A stretch of DNA of 64,000 bases from Azolla caroliniana (Eukaryota; Plantae; Polypodiophyta), in NCBI GenBank assembly GCA_043228905.1, contig JBHGNT010000010.1, forward strand, positions 19,096,001 to 19,160,000, read 5' to 3'. The position numbers and the translations under genes are program-made. The notes under the pieces were generated by a model, which was not told the DNA's origin, did not search any database, and was given only the letters and a program-made list of their open reading frames with translations. Within the stretch, counting starts at the first letter, position 1, and each line of letters opens with the position of its first letter. Shown piece after piece: positions 47,821-61,600 of this stretch.

Positions 47821-48229
47821 AGTCTGGTGAAGTGTGTGATGGTATCCGCTGACGCCGCGTGAACAGCCCCATCTATTTATCTATTTATTTATCTATTTTA
47901 TTATTTATTTATCTGTTTTATGATGAGTATCTATGTATTTATCTATCTATTTATTTATCTATTTAGTTATATTGTATTACCTATTTATCTATCTATTTCT
48001 TAAATTAACTCTAATTCTTGATGCAAAGCAGCCCAGAAAAAGGCCAATTTGTCCGCCCAACCACACGCTGCCATCGCCCCACAACCCGACCGTCTTCTTC
48101 TTCTCCTCCCCCTTTTCATCTTGTCCGTCGCTCCACCTATTTCATGTCGATTTGACCGACACATCAACCACTTGGTTAGCTTCTCGCGTCGGTCCCAACA
48201 CTCCCTAGGAATTTGCAACGGCTCATTTG

Positions 48230-48380
48230 AAGCCTAAACCGAACCGCCAAGGCTTGAGCTTCCTTAACCGGTTTGAGCTCGGTTTGACTAAACCGGGGTT
48301 AGAAACCGATTCAGTTCAGGTTTGGAAACCCCCCGAACTGGTTTGGGTCCAAACCTAAACCGAACCGTTGCCAAACGCTA
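48230..48380 (-). mobile_element. hAT-like transposon terminus (TIR plus AACCG/CGGTT subterminal repeats)
   Basis: Minus strand begins TAGCGTTTGGCAACGGTTCGGTTT, followed by dense AACCG/CGGTT motifs as in plant hAT ends. The partner end was not found. Confidence 0.55.
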
Positions 48381-51300
48381 GCACTCCCCATTCATCCAAG
48401 AGGGGAAATTCGAAGTATAACTCATCCTGCCAATATTCGAGATGTATGTGTCTATCCTTCATGGAGAGGAACTAAGTCAAGCAACATCGAGCTTCTTGGC
48501 CATTAAAATTTATTATTGCTAAGAATATTGTGAAAAAATGGATAAAATAGCATGCCTCCTCAACACCATCCTTCACGTTCGTTGATCCCTTGCATTCGAT
48601 TGTTTGCCAGTTTTGAAATGCATAGTATACGTGTCAACACTAGTTTTGATATTCTTATTAAATGAAGACATTCGCAAGAGAAATGATATGATCGTCCATA
48701 GCGATATGAAACACGAAACATGATGCATCCATGGCTATCACTTTTGAGGATTGTTGCGTGAAACAATGATTGAATTCCCTCCTTCATACGATCAAACAAG
48801 TGGTCCATGAATGATCCACTAAACTACAAAAAGGGTGGTTTTAGGCCTTGATACCAACAATTCCTTCGACCCAAAAGTTGGGGCTTTTACACATTTGAAA
48901 ATTTTCAAATAAGGTTATCCCAACAAGTGGGAGAAAGGTTTTCATAAGGGAAATTTTGGAGGTTAGTTTTTGAGAGGAGACGTTAGAATAACACTTTCAT
49001 CCCATCTTCATATCGAGCCATGGGTTGTGCCATAGATTCCTCATTAAAATCTTTCAAATGGTGCAAAGGCCTTTTTATTGTCCAAGTTTAGCCTCATAAT
49101 TCCAAGGGTAGAATAATAGAAAAGACGATGTCATCTAAGCGAAAAACATTTAAGTAAGAATGTTGAAAACTCTTGGCTTTTTATTAATGTTGCAAGTTTT
49201 ATAATTGATGGAATTCTAAAAATAAAGTGATTAAGTTTCTAGTAACTCCCCACCCCCCCTCCCCAACTTTCAAAATGTCTACATTTTTGCCAATAAGTAA
49301 GTGTCGGCAATACTATCTTGAAAAGAATGAAAGAATCTTGCGGACCACGACAATTTCATGTGGGCTTTAACCTAATGTTTTTTGAATACCCACGATGTAA
49401 TGTAACCTCCAAAATATTAATACAAAGCACAACGTCGAACAAAGTTGTAACTTGACAATGACATTTATGTAAAGTATGAAACGCTAGATTCATAGCAGTG
49501 TTGTCATTCACCAATAAGTTTTGGTAAACTATAAATTAAAAAAGAAAATAACGTGTCACCAATTTGGGCAAAACATATATATACTTTTGACACCTCATTG
49601 TTCTTGACAACTTATTGTCACTATCGAACACTCTTTTGCCCATCACATCAAAATCGCACTCAGAGACATTGACATCCTCCAAATTATTAAAATTTATTGG
49701 CTTGCAGCATTTGCTACCCATTTAGAAGAAGAAAAAACAAGAATACATAAGTGCATGACATTTTAAAGCATGTGAAGTATCCCAGGTTTATTTGATTGAA
49801 ATGTGTTGGGATGGATCCAATAGAGAATTAGTAGAGGTTCATAGAAGTTGAGCCTCTTCGATCAGTCAATACAAGCTTTGGCCATTGGAGAGGGTGTTTG
49901 TGTTGAGTGGAATTTATTAACTACTAGAAATTGATCGTTACTACTATAATATGTGATGATGACTTGGTAGTAAATGTTGATATTTGTTCGTGTGCTAACA
50001 AAAATATCTTAATTGTCATTAAGTTAGTCATTAACATGTCCCATTTTTCTCTAAACGTTTCCACATATTCCTCAATGAAATATGTAGAACATCATTTGCT
50101 TTGACTCGAATTCAATTAGGCAAGAATATGGTTATAAGTGGACATCCCTTGAGTATTGATAATAGGTTGCATTGTGTTTTTATTACCTTATTGTCTTCCA
50201 CGAGCCTATATTAAAGATGCCATAAATTATATGTGTCGTGATAACTCTAAATCATATGTTTGATTTGTCATCAATGTTCATATATGTTTTACTCTTCTCA
50301 TCATGACAAATAATCGTTATTCATGTTTAGAATAATCATCGTAACTTGGTTATTGAACTATCAAGACAAATATTGTTTCATTTACACTCATCCATGCATA
50401 TGTTCAAGAATACTAGAGAAAGTGTGTGTTCTATATAGTACATTGTTGATGCATATATGACTTCATGACTCAAAGTCAAATCTTTGTGGTCATGCTCTTG
50501 ACACATGGGCTCCTATCATGGTCGATTAATTTATTTAAATTTAAGAAATATATTAACAAAGTTTTTATGGGATTGCATTGTTTTCATGTATATGTTCCTT
50601 GGTCATGCACACATGCATCCCTTCTGTGTGTGCATGTGTTGTTTTTGAAGTGCATAGACTCTCTTTATGCCTACACCCCCTTGTGTTTTAATTGGCAAAT
50701 GGTACAAGTGTTTTGGAGATACATCCTTATTGGTACAAATACTTCACGTAGATTTGTTTATACATGTTGATACTATTTGAAGTGTGTGGATAATCTATGA
50801 TGCACGTGGATACATGCTCTTAAAAATGTCAATTCTAAGTGATGGATATCTTATGTGTGCAAGAGTCATGGCCTTAATGCATTGTTGAAGGTAAGTTGCA
50901 CGTCTACTACGTTTCACTTCATTAGCAACACATTGGTCCTCAAATAGCATGCGATGATTCCACACCCATTGTGAGTGAATGATCATATTGAGATGGTACA
51001 TGTTGCTACATTTGTTTTTTAGATTCATTAACGAGGATCATTTATCAATGTTAGTTATTATGGGCAAGTGCTAACGAAATGTAAGGGGATTTTTATTATA
51101 TTGGATATGCTTGAAAGTTCTAGTTTTGGATTGTTAGATTTCGTAGAGGTGTGACTTTATATGCCATATTGTTTGGAGCTTATGATTATGCTCTCAGGCA
51201 TGCCTTGATAAATTCACGATAATGATAAAGCATTTGATCAGGAAAAGACAAGGCAATGTGACATATAGAAACCACATGGTTACTATCTAACAATTTGGCA

Positions 51301-53197
51301 CGTTATATACAAATTGTATTAGTTTGTAACGAAGTGTTTGCATATGAAAGGAGAATGAATAATAATCTATAAGGCAGAGAAGCATAACAATGTATCGATA
51401 GATAAACATGGCATTATTTCTAGCACGACTTGTTTAAGAGATCTATAACTTTCAGTGAATAAAAACAACAAGAAGCTCGTGCAAGCATGCTGAAAATATA
51501 TCAACGGAAACGGAAGGGGATTATTAACCATCTATCGAAACGAGTTGAAATTGCCGTCCATTTTCTTGGCCTACGGGTGCCTCAAGATACCTGACTACGT
51601 GGATCTAAGCAACGCGACAAGAAAGTAGGTGCCACAAACAATGTGGAGGGTTTTCACACCAAAGAGTGAATCCTTGTTTTGGACATGGGGTTTGGACGAG
51701 GGGAGGGGAAAACTACCATCCCCCCCCCCCCCCCCCCCCTTTTGATTGTAGGTTTAGTAAAGTCATGGCATATCGGATGAGCAAGGTATGTGTAGAATGG
51801 AAGGGCTAGTTTCTGAGAGCAAATTTGCCGAGGCGCTCAGGGATCATCGGTCTCGTGGTACGTGCGACAGGCGGAGAGGAGCCAGAACTAGACCAGATAG
51901 TGAAAGAGCAAAAGAGCTAAAAACAAGAGAATCCTTCTTCTTTCCCTCCTTTTCTAACCCCCCCTCTCCTCCCCTTTTTGTACATTTCACCACTCACTAA
52001 GCTATTGCTATTAAATTATATACTCATTTTATTTACTTACTTCTATTATTCTACTTACTTCTATATGCTCTACCTCCCCAAACCCTTTCATAAGAAGAAG
52101 AAGAAGAAGAAGGAAGAAGGAAGAAAAAGAAGGAAGAAGGAAGAAGGAAGAAGGAAGAAGAAGAGTGTTCTGAAAGACAGAGCACCCCCCTCCAACCTTC
52201 TGTGTTATCTCCACATATTGCCCAGGTATGTCTTTCTCTCTCTTCGACACTGTCGATCTGTTTGTACATAGCTCCTTTCTTTCTTATGTTTTCTGTTCTG
52301 TTTTCTTTCTTTTGAGATCCGTGCCTTGTGTCTGGACTCTGGACTCTGGACTCTTCCCCGCCTATTTCCAATCCCCTCTCCACCACACCTTCTTCTCGTG
52401 TAGTTTTCTTTTCACGATTCTGTTTCTCTCCGGTCTAACTTTTTTCAATCTTACCTTGCTTCATTTTTATCTGGTGAAGATCTTTCTGAGGAAACGGAGT
52501 TAGGTCTTTCTCCGAGGAAGTTCTTAGTTTGATGAGGGACACATATATATACATATATAAGTTTATTTATAAATGATGAAATGAGCCAGTTATATTTCTA
52601 GTTAGAGCCACGCATGATTATATCATAAATGTACGTATGTCTGTTTGCACACAAATTCACACACCCATATGAAAAAGAGAACTATAGAGAGGAAAATGAT
52701 ATCTTTGGACATGTTATGTTTCTTTTGGGACATTATATGGTTATTTCATCTAATGTAAATTAATATAGACTCAGGAAAGCCTGAAATAAAAAGCAAAGCC
52801 ATGATGTCTGCTTATCTTCAACTTTTTTTTCAGTTGTGCCTTTTGATTTGAGTTGAACTTTGATAATGTTCACCGCATGTTTTTATTATGATAATTTTTA
52901 TAACTCCTGATTTATTATATGCTTGTTTTATACAAATGACTATATTATTTTGTGATGCTTATATTTGACTACGTTTTCTGACCTGTTTTGCTGACTCAAG
53001 CTTCTGGATGCTCATTTCTTATGGGTTTTAATATGTTTTGAGTTTGATTAGCATATGTTAACATGTGTCTTTTGGTGCATTCAATTATACTGATACTCTT
53101 TTCAGCTGTTTAAAATTTGGTTTGCATATGTATATAACATCTTTTTTTTTTTACTTGCAGGTAGTTTCAAAGTTGAAGTTATTTTCTCGTGGTAATC

Positions 53198-54907
53198 ATG
53201 TCAGAAACATCGACTGTAGAGTCTGCCATAGCTGATAAAGTCCATGACCTCCCTGCTTCGACACCTTCTGAGGCTGAAGAAGAGCATCCGAAACACAATG
53301 TCAAGAAACGCCTCTTCAATAGGGAGCGAAGCTTGCATGACATATTTGGTGGTGGAAAGGGTAAATGTCTTATAATATTGGTCTTTTCTGTTCTGATTTA
53401 TTTTCAGCAACGGTTGAAGTTATTTGAGGTTTCATTTCACTTTTCCATAATGTAGAGGAGTGCAGCTGCATTGAGCTGCAAGAAATTTAAAAATCCATTT
53501 ACATTATTTTGTTTATTTCAGCTGCTGATGCGTTACTATGGAGGAATAAGATAATATCTGGCGGAATATTGGGTGTTGCGACGATTTTATACTTTGTTCT
53601 TGAGCACTCGGGCTACACTCTTTTATCAATTGTCTCGAATCTACTCCTTGTTACCTTTGCAGTCCTCTTCCTCTGGTCGAATGCAGCTGTCTTCTTAAAA
53701 AGGTAGTTTTTAATTTCTGGAAGTCTCTGTAGGATTTATTACAATTTAAATGAATTTAACATAACATAATATTATGTAAACAAATGTCACAAAACTTAAC
53801 CTAAGATTACGTAAACAAATGTAACATACCATTTTATTATTATGTAAATGAATGTAACGTAACATAATATTGTGTAAACGAATGTAACATAAACTAACAT
53901 AAGATTATATAAAAGAATTATGTAAATTAATACAACATAATATTTTAATATTATGCAGATGAATATGACATAATATATTACAATGTAGATCAATACATTA
54001 CAATCATATGTGACGAGTTTTCATTTGTTTTTGAAGAGATGATGCTTCTTTATAGATTGATAGATCAAAATTTAAAATGGCAGGTCTCCTCCACCTTTGC
54101 CTGATCTCCGCATTTCTGAAGAAGTAGCAAATTCCGTGGCCTCAACTCTGAGTGTAGAGATCAACAAGATTTTGGCTGCTGCCCATGAAATTGCTCTAGG
54201 AAAGGATTTCAAGCAGTTCATTAAGGTTGTTTTGCAAACTTTGAATGTTTGTGGAAATATTCTTTACTAATCGTTTTTGTTTCCTTTTCATGAAAATGGA
54301 GGCTTCAATGCAAACATTGTGAAAAGATCGCATAGATTGATGGGAATTTCAGTAGAGAATTTATATACATTTAGTTTCTCGTGCAAACATTTTGAACTGG
54401 CGAAAGAAGAATTTGAACTAGTGTTTCCTATTGCACATGATTTAAGCTCCAGTTTAATTGGGGTCTTGTGAATTGAATTGAGGGGTGAGGTTTAGGGTCT
54501 ATTGCGTATGAAGTTTAATCTTGGGTACTTGCTTTTGCAGGTCATGGCAGTTTTATGGGGTCTTTCCATAGTTGGAGGCTGGTTTCATTTTCTAACGATT
54601 GTTTATCTTGGTAATGTGATGTGCCTTCAACCCACGTTGTGTAGAACTAACAGTTGGATATTTTTCCTAGGGTTATGATTGAGGTAGTAATGAAGGATTG
54701 GTGATAATAATCATGTTTCTTGTTTAATATGGTGCAGTTCTGGTTGTTGCTCACACTATCCCGATTGTGTATGAGACATATGAAGATCAAATCGAGATAT
54801 ATGCTAGGCGTGGCTATGAAGAAGTTCAAAAGCAGTATAAGAAAGCAGATGATGCCTTCCTTAGCAATATCTTTAAGAAATTCCCAAAGCTGAAGAAGAC
54901 AGAGTAA
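53198..54907 (+). CDS. Reticulon-like protein B (RTNLB)
   Basis: Exons 53198-53360, 53522-53702, 54084-54225, 54541-54610, 54738-54907. Motifs RLFNRERSLHDIFGGGKAADALLWRNK, LFLWSNA, SPPPLPDL, EIALGKDFKQF and HTIPIVYETYEDQIE. C-terminal KKTE resembles a di-lysine ER-retrieval signal. Confidence 0.93.
53750..54003. repeat. AT-rich degenerate minisatellite in reticulon intron 2
   Basis: Recurring AATGTAACATAA..ATTATGTAAA units. Confidence 0.7.
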
Positions 54908-56262
54908 AAAAGCTGTGAAGCGGTCCTCGTTTTCTTGTCAATGGATTGGATGTCATTATCAGAAAGTATTGTCCATTGCGGTACAAGATTCACATAGGAA
55001 CTTAATGGTGTTTTTCTAGATAATGCAAAGATGCACATACGAGTGCATTCCTGAATGAATGCCTTTGGCATATTTTTATTTTAAGCACTTGGGACATAGG
55101 CCTTTATTTATTATCGTCGACAGGGGCTTGAGTACTAGTAAATGGAAAGTTAAAAGTTCCTTCGTTTTTCCCAGTAGTTGAGGAGCTAAAAGTACTACTT
55201 GGAGTGACAATTTTTTGAACTGTTAGTTGTTCACCATATTAGTTCTCTTGTTGGTTGACATCTTGGCATTGGCTTCTTATAATGTTCTGTATTTTGTTTG
55301 CTGATGAGGTGTGGCCATTGCATTTTGTTATGAGGTCTTATTGTCGGTGAATTGTAGTTTACTGTTATTTTGACATTGGCACTACTTTGCAAGTATTTAT
55401 AAGATATTGCTTGATGTTGTGCTATTAATTAGGTTTCACCAGAGTGAACTTGAATATTGTGACTGATAATTGTGATTATTGCTTGTGAAGAAGTCATGTA
55501 CTCTGTCTATTGATTTGATATTGTAATTTTTTAATGCTGGGAACTAGTTGAATTAACAGTAGCCTGATGGTGAATGAATCAAAGCCTTATGTCCCTTCCA
55601 TTTGGTTTGGAATTCTGTGGCATGTGTAGATGCTTGGTATTGCATATTTAGATGAAGACTGCAATGAAGTTAGGAGTTAGACTTGAGTTTCCTACATTCA
55701 TACCAGTGTAGATGTTTAGGACTACAACAAGCCTATGTGCAAATGGTATTCACGTTTGCTACTTCATGATTTTTTCCAGTGCTTGTGTAAAGGTTAGTTA
55801 CACAATGTATTTGCCTTTTGCCTAGGAGACGGGCAGATACCTCGAAATTAGATTATTTTGCACCTGAAGAAGATTTGGATTGCAACGAGGGCATTTATCA
55901 TTCCATGCAGAACACTTGGATCATGACAGATCTAAGGTAGTCATGATCCTTCAGGTTATTAACACAGGAAGAACCACATAATGCAATCTAATAAGAAACA
56001 GTATTTTACTTGATTCCCTAAAATAATTTGATACAGACATGCCACACTCGATTTGAACGTGAAAAATGTGGTGGTTTTGTAGGTATCAAAAGTAGCTATC
56101 TATTCATTTCATCTGGACGCATTTGAGTACAAATTCCATGCACTCAAAGTTCCATCTCAATTTTTTCTACAACCAACATCAATGGTGGGGTCGCCAACCA
56201 GGCCTCAGCTAATGTGTGAGGCAGTGATTGCTGGGATAGTTGTACCATCTAGAGAAAAACAC

Positions 56263-58472
56263 CTACACTGGTTCATAAAGCCCCAACATATGACCATCCA
56301 AGCATCGAACCGCAGCTACCTGCATAAACCAAATATTCATGAGAAAGGAACACTCATTTACTAAACTCATAACACGATAAATGGTGGATAGTTCTAGCTA
56401 GATCCTATTTACAAAATTTCTCCCACTTTTTCTATTGATGACAACTTGAATTCCAATTCTATGTCAATTAATCATGGGTCGGGCCAAGTATTTACCTCTT
56501 GACAATATTTATTACAGCCTTAGTCACGGATCAAAATATGAGTTATATCTAGGATCACTAAATTCTTTCAAAACCACAATATTGTTGCAAATGCGTTTGA
56601 TTTGCAAAATAAACCAACCTTTGGTTTCTACTGTATGGTGGGTGTTACATTATCACCCAATGGTCAAAAGAATTGAGAAACCTTTTCTATATTCAAGCTT
56701 TTTATCAGTCCCTCGCCTATATTTAGGCTATTAGTTTGAGTGACGTTCACATGACAAAGGTGCCTCAACTAGGCTGACAAAACTATCATTGCCATCTACC
56801 ATAAATAAAGCTGGGAATGAAAGAGAACTCTAGAAGGATGATAGGAGGGTGGAGAGCATATCATAGGAGAACAGAGAATATGTGCCAGATGACACAACCT
56901 TAGGAGAGGCAACTTATGATGATAAGCCCATGATTAGTTGTTTTGAGATATGATAGCAACATATTATTAGGTTATATCACAATATCAATGAAGAAGTGCC
57001 CGCAACGTACAAAGATGTAGGTAATCTCTTATGGTGATCTCTTACGAAAAAATGTTGTCAATCAAACGTACATTGTATGCCAAGAATGAGGTTAAACATC
57101 AAAATCCAAATATCTAATCAGCAAAACTATTATCATTTTTTACATTTGTCATTGTCATAGAACACGTGCGTGCGTGTGTAAAAGATGATACCTACAAAGA
57201 TTAAAAAATTTGGTAAACATATACCTTCCCATGAATTTCATGCTTGATTGGACCATCAAGTTCAGCACCCATGCTCAAAAGTTTTGTAATTGTGCCATCT
57301 AGATCTGTGACATCAAACGAGAGGTAGGAGGAATAACTCTTTACCTGCTCAAAGTCACTGTAGCCAAGTGTAAATATGGAAACTTTTCCAATATAAAATA
57401 AGGGATTTTGATTATTACACATGAACAAAAACTAGGATGATGAGTTTAGTTGAACCATTTTTTGCATTTACAATCCATACATTTCAAATGACAATTTAAA
57501 TAGATGAATAGGCAATTCTATCGGTCAAGTTTTCCTCCGCTTGTAACAGCGATGAAAATATCATCCAACAAACAACAGCATACAAATACCTCCATGCACA
57601 ATTATAGAACAATGGACATTGCAGAAAGAATCCGGATAGGCACAATCTGTAACGAATTTTACATATAATTGGCATTAAATAAATAGACACAATCTCTGAT
57701 GTTTCTTAGATTGGATTCCTGCTGCCCTTGTAATAATGATACTTCTTTCGTTAAACTTATGAAAAGTCATTTACAATAAAAGAAACTCTGAATAACGCTA
57801 TCTCTTTCTCCAAATTCATCTAATAAATAGCACCGTAAATACTTCACAACCGTTGTAGTGCAGTGAAGTATATGAATGTACATTTAATTACAAATATGTA
57901 GTCTTTCTTCTTAGTTTTAGATATGTTTTGTTGATTGCAATTCTGAGTGGCGATGTACAGCCTTCGACTTCCAATTACCATATTATAAATGGAAAATCAT
58001 AAACTTAATTCTAATTTTGAAATTCTGGCAAGTTTTATACAACTAAAATAAGGGGTTCAGTCCTACAGGGTTAAAGGTCCTTATTAGGGTTTTAAGGTTT
58101 TTGCCTAGGTCTTTAGGGGCTTTGAGTTTTAGGGTTAGGCTTGGGGGTTTTCAGGGGTTTTTTAGGGTTTCCGTTTTTAGGGGTATTTTAGGGTTTCTAA
58201 AAATTTATTTGAATTTTGCTTCGATCATAAATATATGATGTATAAATGAAGAAAGCATTGTATAAAAATAGAGAACGAGTGGAAGCAAGGATGATGATGA
58301 GATCGCGAGAGTACCTGGGTGCTTGCATGAGGCCCAGCTTAAAGGGTCCAGATTGAAGCTCCGCCCATCTGTTGGTGCAGACAGTGAGTGTGAGGCCAAG
58401 GCCCTGCGAGAAAAACTTGGCGGCAAGGGGCACGTCCTTGTGAAGCATCACCACATACCTGAGCAACGCCAT
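56263..58472 (-). CDS. Small glyoxalase/bleomycin-resistance (VOC) family protein
   Basis: Exons 58472-58315, 57357-57225, 56319-56263: MALLRYVVMLHKDVPLAAKFFSQGLG...WAELQSGP..YSSYLSFDVTDLDGTITKLLSMGAELDGPIKHEIHGKVAAVRCLDGHMLGLYEPV*. Confidence 0.9.
58045..58200. repeat. Degenerate interstitial telomere-like (TTTAGGG) tract in VOC intron 1
   Basis: TTAGGGTTT / TTTAGGG variants recur repeatedly. Confidence 0.65.
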
Positions 58473-58687
58473 GACAGTATGTAGCAATATGTATGTGTAT
58501 GCAAATCAATCAAATGGCGATGGAATCATTCTACACCTGAGTCATGTGCTAAGAAATTCGATAAGAACAGAGAACAGAGAACAGAGAGGCGGCTTCTTCT
58601 TCTTCTTCTTCTTTTCCGGTGAGGTTTTCCTTTTTGGTATCTCTATTCCAAAATGAATAGAAAAGTAAACGAATACATTTATATGAA

Positions 58688-58760
58688 GGGGATGTAGCTC
58701 AGATGGTAGAGCGCTCGCTTAGCATGCGAGAGGTACGGGGATCGATACCCCGCATCTCCA
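58688..58760 (+). tRNA. tRNA-Ala (AGC)
   Basis: GGGGATGTAGCTCAGATGGTAGAGCGCTCGCTTAGCATGCGAGAGGTACGGGGATCGATACCCCGCATCTCCA: 73 nt, intact cloverleaf, AGC anticodon, and the Ala-specific GATCGA T-loop. Confidence 0.97.
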
Positions 58761-60489
58761 CAACTTTATTTATTATGGCTTCCCTTTTTGCTCTTCCTTT
58801 CTACCCTCCTCCTTCTTTGCTTTTTTGCTTACAAGAAAAAACAAAACCTAAGAGGTAGCCAGCCAACTTCACCTTTTTATCAAGCAAGAGAACCCACTAA
58901 TAAACCACTTAGGAGCATTTAGAAAGATAATGAGAAACATTCTCTTAGACTTCTCCATAGTATGCCTTGGTGTTATATATATATTATATAATAATATATG
59001 TACTATGGATTAAATATTATATGTAAAGGATGGATATTTATCTATCTATCTATCTATCTATCTATATATATATATATATATGGCTTTTCTAATTGTTTCA
59101 TTTTTTTTTTCCTTGAGTATATTACATAATATGGGTTACATTGCGCACCTACGTTTATAAAATCATAATGTTTTAAATTCATAACTACATGGCTTATAAT
59201 GGCTTGACTTATATGTCATGGCCCATGGCTGTTCTAAATCCACCACATTTTTAACAATGCTCATATACACCCTAGTATGTGCATGCAATGTCTGCCCCAT
59301 AATAGATGCATTCTTTTCTCGTGGGGAAAATTAGTTCAACAAAATGTATCAGAAAGGCCCGACATCATTGTGTACGATCATCATTGTGGCAATGACAAAA
59401 GACCAATGCATTGTGGATTTATGGTAGGGGGATGATCTTGCACATTCTGGCTCGTTTGGTTAAGGATTACTCCTTGTGTAGTAGAAAAATGTTTTGTGCT
59501 CATGTTGGCTTTGTGATAAAACTTTGCATAGAAATTCTTAGGGTAGTGGGACCTTATCAATCTTTCAAGTCCAATTACTTCCTTGTGTGAACTTGTGATA
59601 ACTTGCAAGAAAGCTTCGGCAATTCACTCCTTAATGTGTTAGCACTCATATACACTAACCCGATATATACAATAACTCTTAAACGATAAACACTGGTATT
59701 GAAATTATTGTTTACATGCACAATAAGTATTTGCTTCTAGTAAATTTCATATATTTTCAAATGAGTGAAAACAAAAACATTACAACAAACAAAGTTGTAG
59801 TTTATCATTGACTCAAACAATCACCAAGACCTAAGATAATTCAGGTTACGATCATCAAAGCAAATGGAGAGACTGTGAAGGTCCACACCATTTCAACATT
59901 GACACTAGGGGGTATTAGTGAAGGGGCCACATTGATATTCTAAATGGAATACAAAATCAGGTATTGATATTTTCAGTGGGAGTGCACCATGAGACTAGTT
60001 CCAACTAGTTTATAATTTATTCTCAAGGTGTGTTGAATTCCAATCAAAATACTTATTGTTATTTGTTACCATAAAACATATGCTCCATTGGTATTAATAA
60101 AAAGCCCGAAGGCAGTATACAAATAGTACATAATATTGTTTAATCTCCACCAGTATATCTGAACTTATTCTAGCATTTGTAAAAACTATTGGGAAAAAAA
60201 ACAGCCATAAAACACAGCATTGATTCCAGTGATCTGCTGCAGAAAACAAAATTTCGGGCTCTTAGAACAGAACTCCATAGAAAACTTATATTTCGCATGA
60301 TATTCCATGTCCTCCGTCTTTCCAATCATATGTGTCAGGTGTGGAGCTATAAGAAGATTCACCATCCCAACAGAAACAGTTGCAAACAGATCTGAACTGA
60401 TTCCAGCATTTGTAAAAACTGTTGGGGAGAAAAAAACAAACCATGAAAATGAAATGTACTATACTAATCTCCACCTCTCACCCCATTTG

Positions 60490-61600
60490 CTTCGATCCCC
60501 ACAACTTATTCACTCTCCCTTCATGATGTGCTTCGGCCCCCTCACCATCATCACTCCTAAAAACAACCAAATTGCTTCATTCAATCCACCTCCACCATCT
60601 CGCCGAATGCCACCAATGTCCTGTGGAATTAACAACAAAATAAGTAAAAAAATTCCTCATCCCCTCATGAGCTGCTTCGATCCCCCCCACCATCATCACT
60701 CCTAAAACAGACACATTGCTTCCTTTAGTCCACATCCACCATCTCATGAGGTACCACCAATGTCCTGTGCAATGAATCAACAAAAATGAGAAATTGTTCC
60801 TCATCCCCTCATGATTTGCTTTGTTCCCCTGCACCATCGTCACTCCTAAAAGTAGAGAAATTGCTTCAATCAAACCACATCCACCATCTCGCCGAATACC
60901 ACCTCTGACCTATACAAATAACAACAAAAACAAGTGAATAATGGTTCCTCATCCCCTCATGATTTGCTTCTGTCCCCCCCACCATCATCACTCCTAAAAA
61001 CAAACAAATTGCTTCAATCAATCCACATCCACCATCTCGCCGAGTACCGCCAATATCCTGTGCAATTAACAACAAAATAAGTGAACAATGATTCCTCTCC
61101 CCTCTTGATCTGCTTCAGCCCTCGCACCAACACCACTCATCCTCACACCATGACAAAGTTGCTTCAAATCCCACTGCCATCATCCTGCAACCTATGAGAA
61201 CCATAATATTTGTCTTAAGTCAACCCATATCTGGGGTATCTTGCTTCCCCTATTCCATCTCACCGATTAACGCGGCCCTGTAATCACAACAAAAAATGAG
61301 GGAAAACCATTCCTCACCTTCTCATAATAATCTGCTTCAGCCCCCACTCCAACATCACTCATCCTAACCACAAAAAACAGAAAAATGGCTTCGTCGTGTC
61401 CCCATCTACCATCTCGTTATCTCCGATTCGACAATCCTGTTACACTAACAACCAACAAACGAGTAGAAAACAAACAGAAATCCTCACCTTCTCCTAGTAA
61501 TCTTCGACAACCCCCACCAACATTAGTCATCCTAATCACAAAACAACTTAAACCTATTTCAACCTGTCCACATCCACCATGTCAATGTCTCTGATTATCA
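60490..61600. repeat. ~146-bp tandem satellite-like array: ~4 good copies then degenerate ones
   Basis: CACCATC(A/G)TCACTCCTAAAA recurs at ~60543, 60688, 60832 and 60980, each followed by TTGCTTC..CCAC.TCCACCATCTC. Degenerate copies extend to ~61590. Confidence 0.88.

Noticed and set aside
46892-47872. YT/YV-, IA- and HR-repeat ORFs
   Set aside because: They are artefacts of (GTATGT)n and (GATGGC)n repeats; the real coding frame is the spliced CBY-like gene.
55300-55330. CTGATGAG motif (other CTGANGA hits at ~34497, ~45518, ~47576)
   Set aside because: No correctly placed GAAA box or stems, so not hammerheads.
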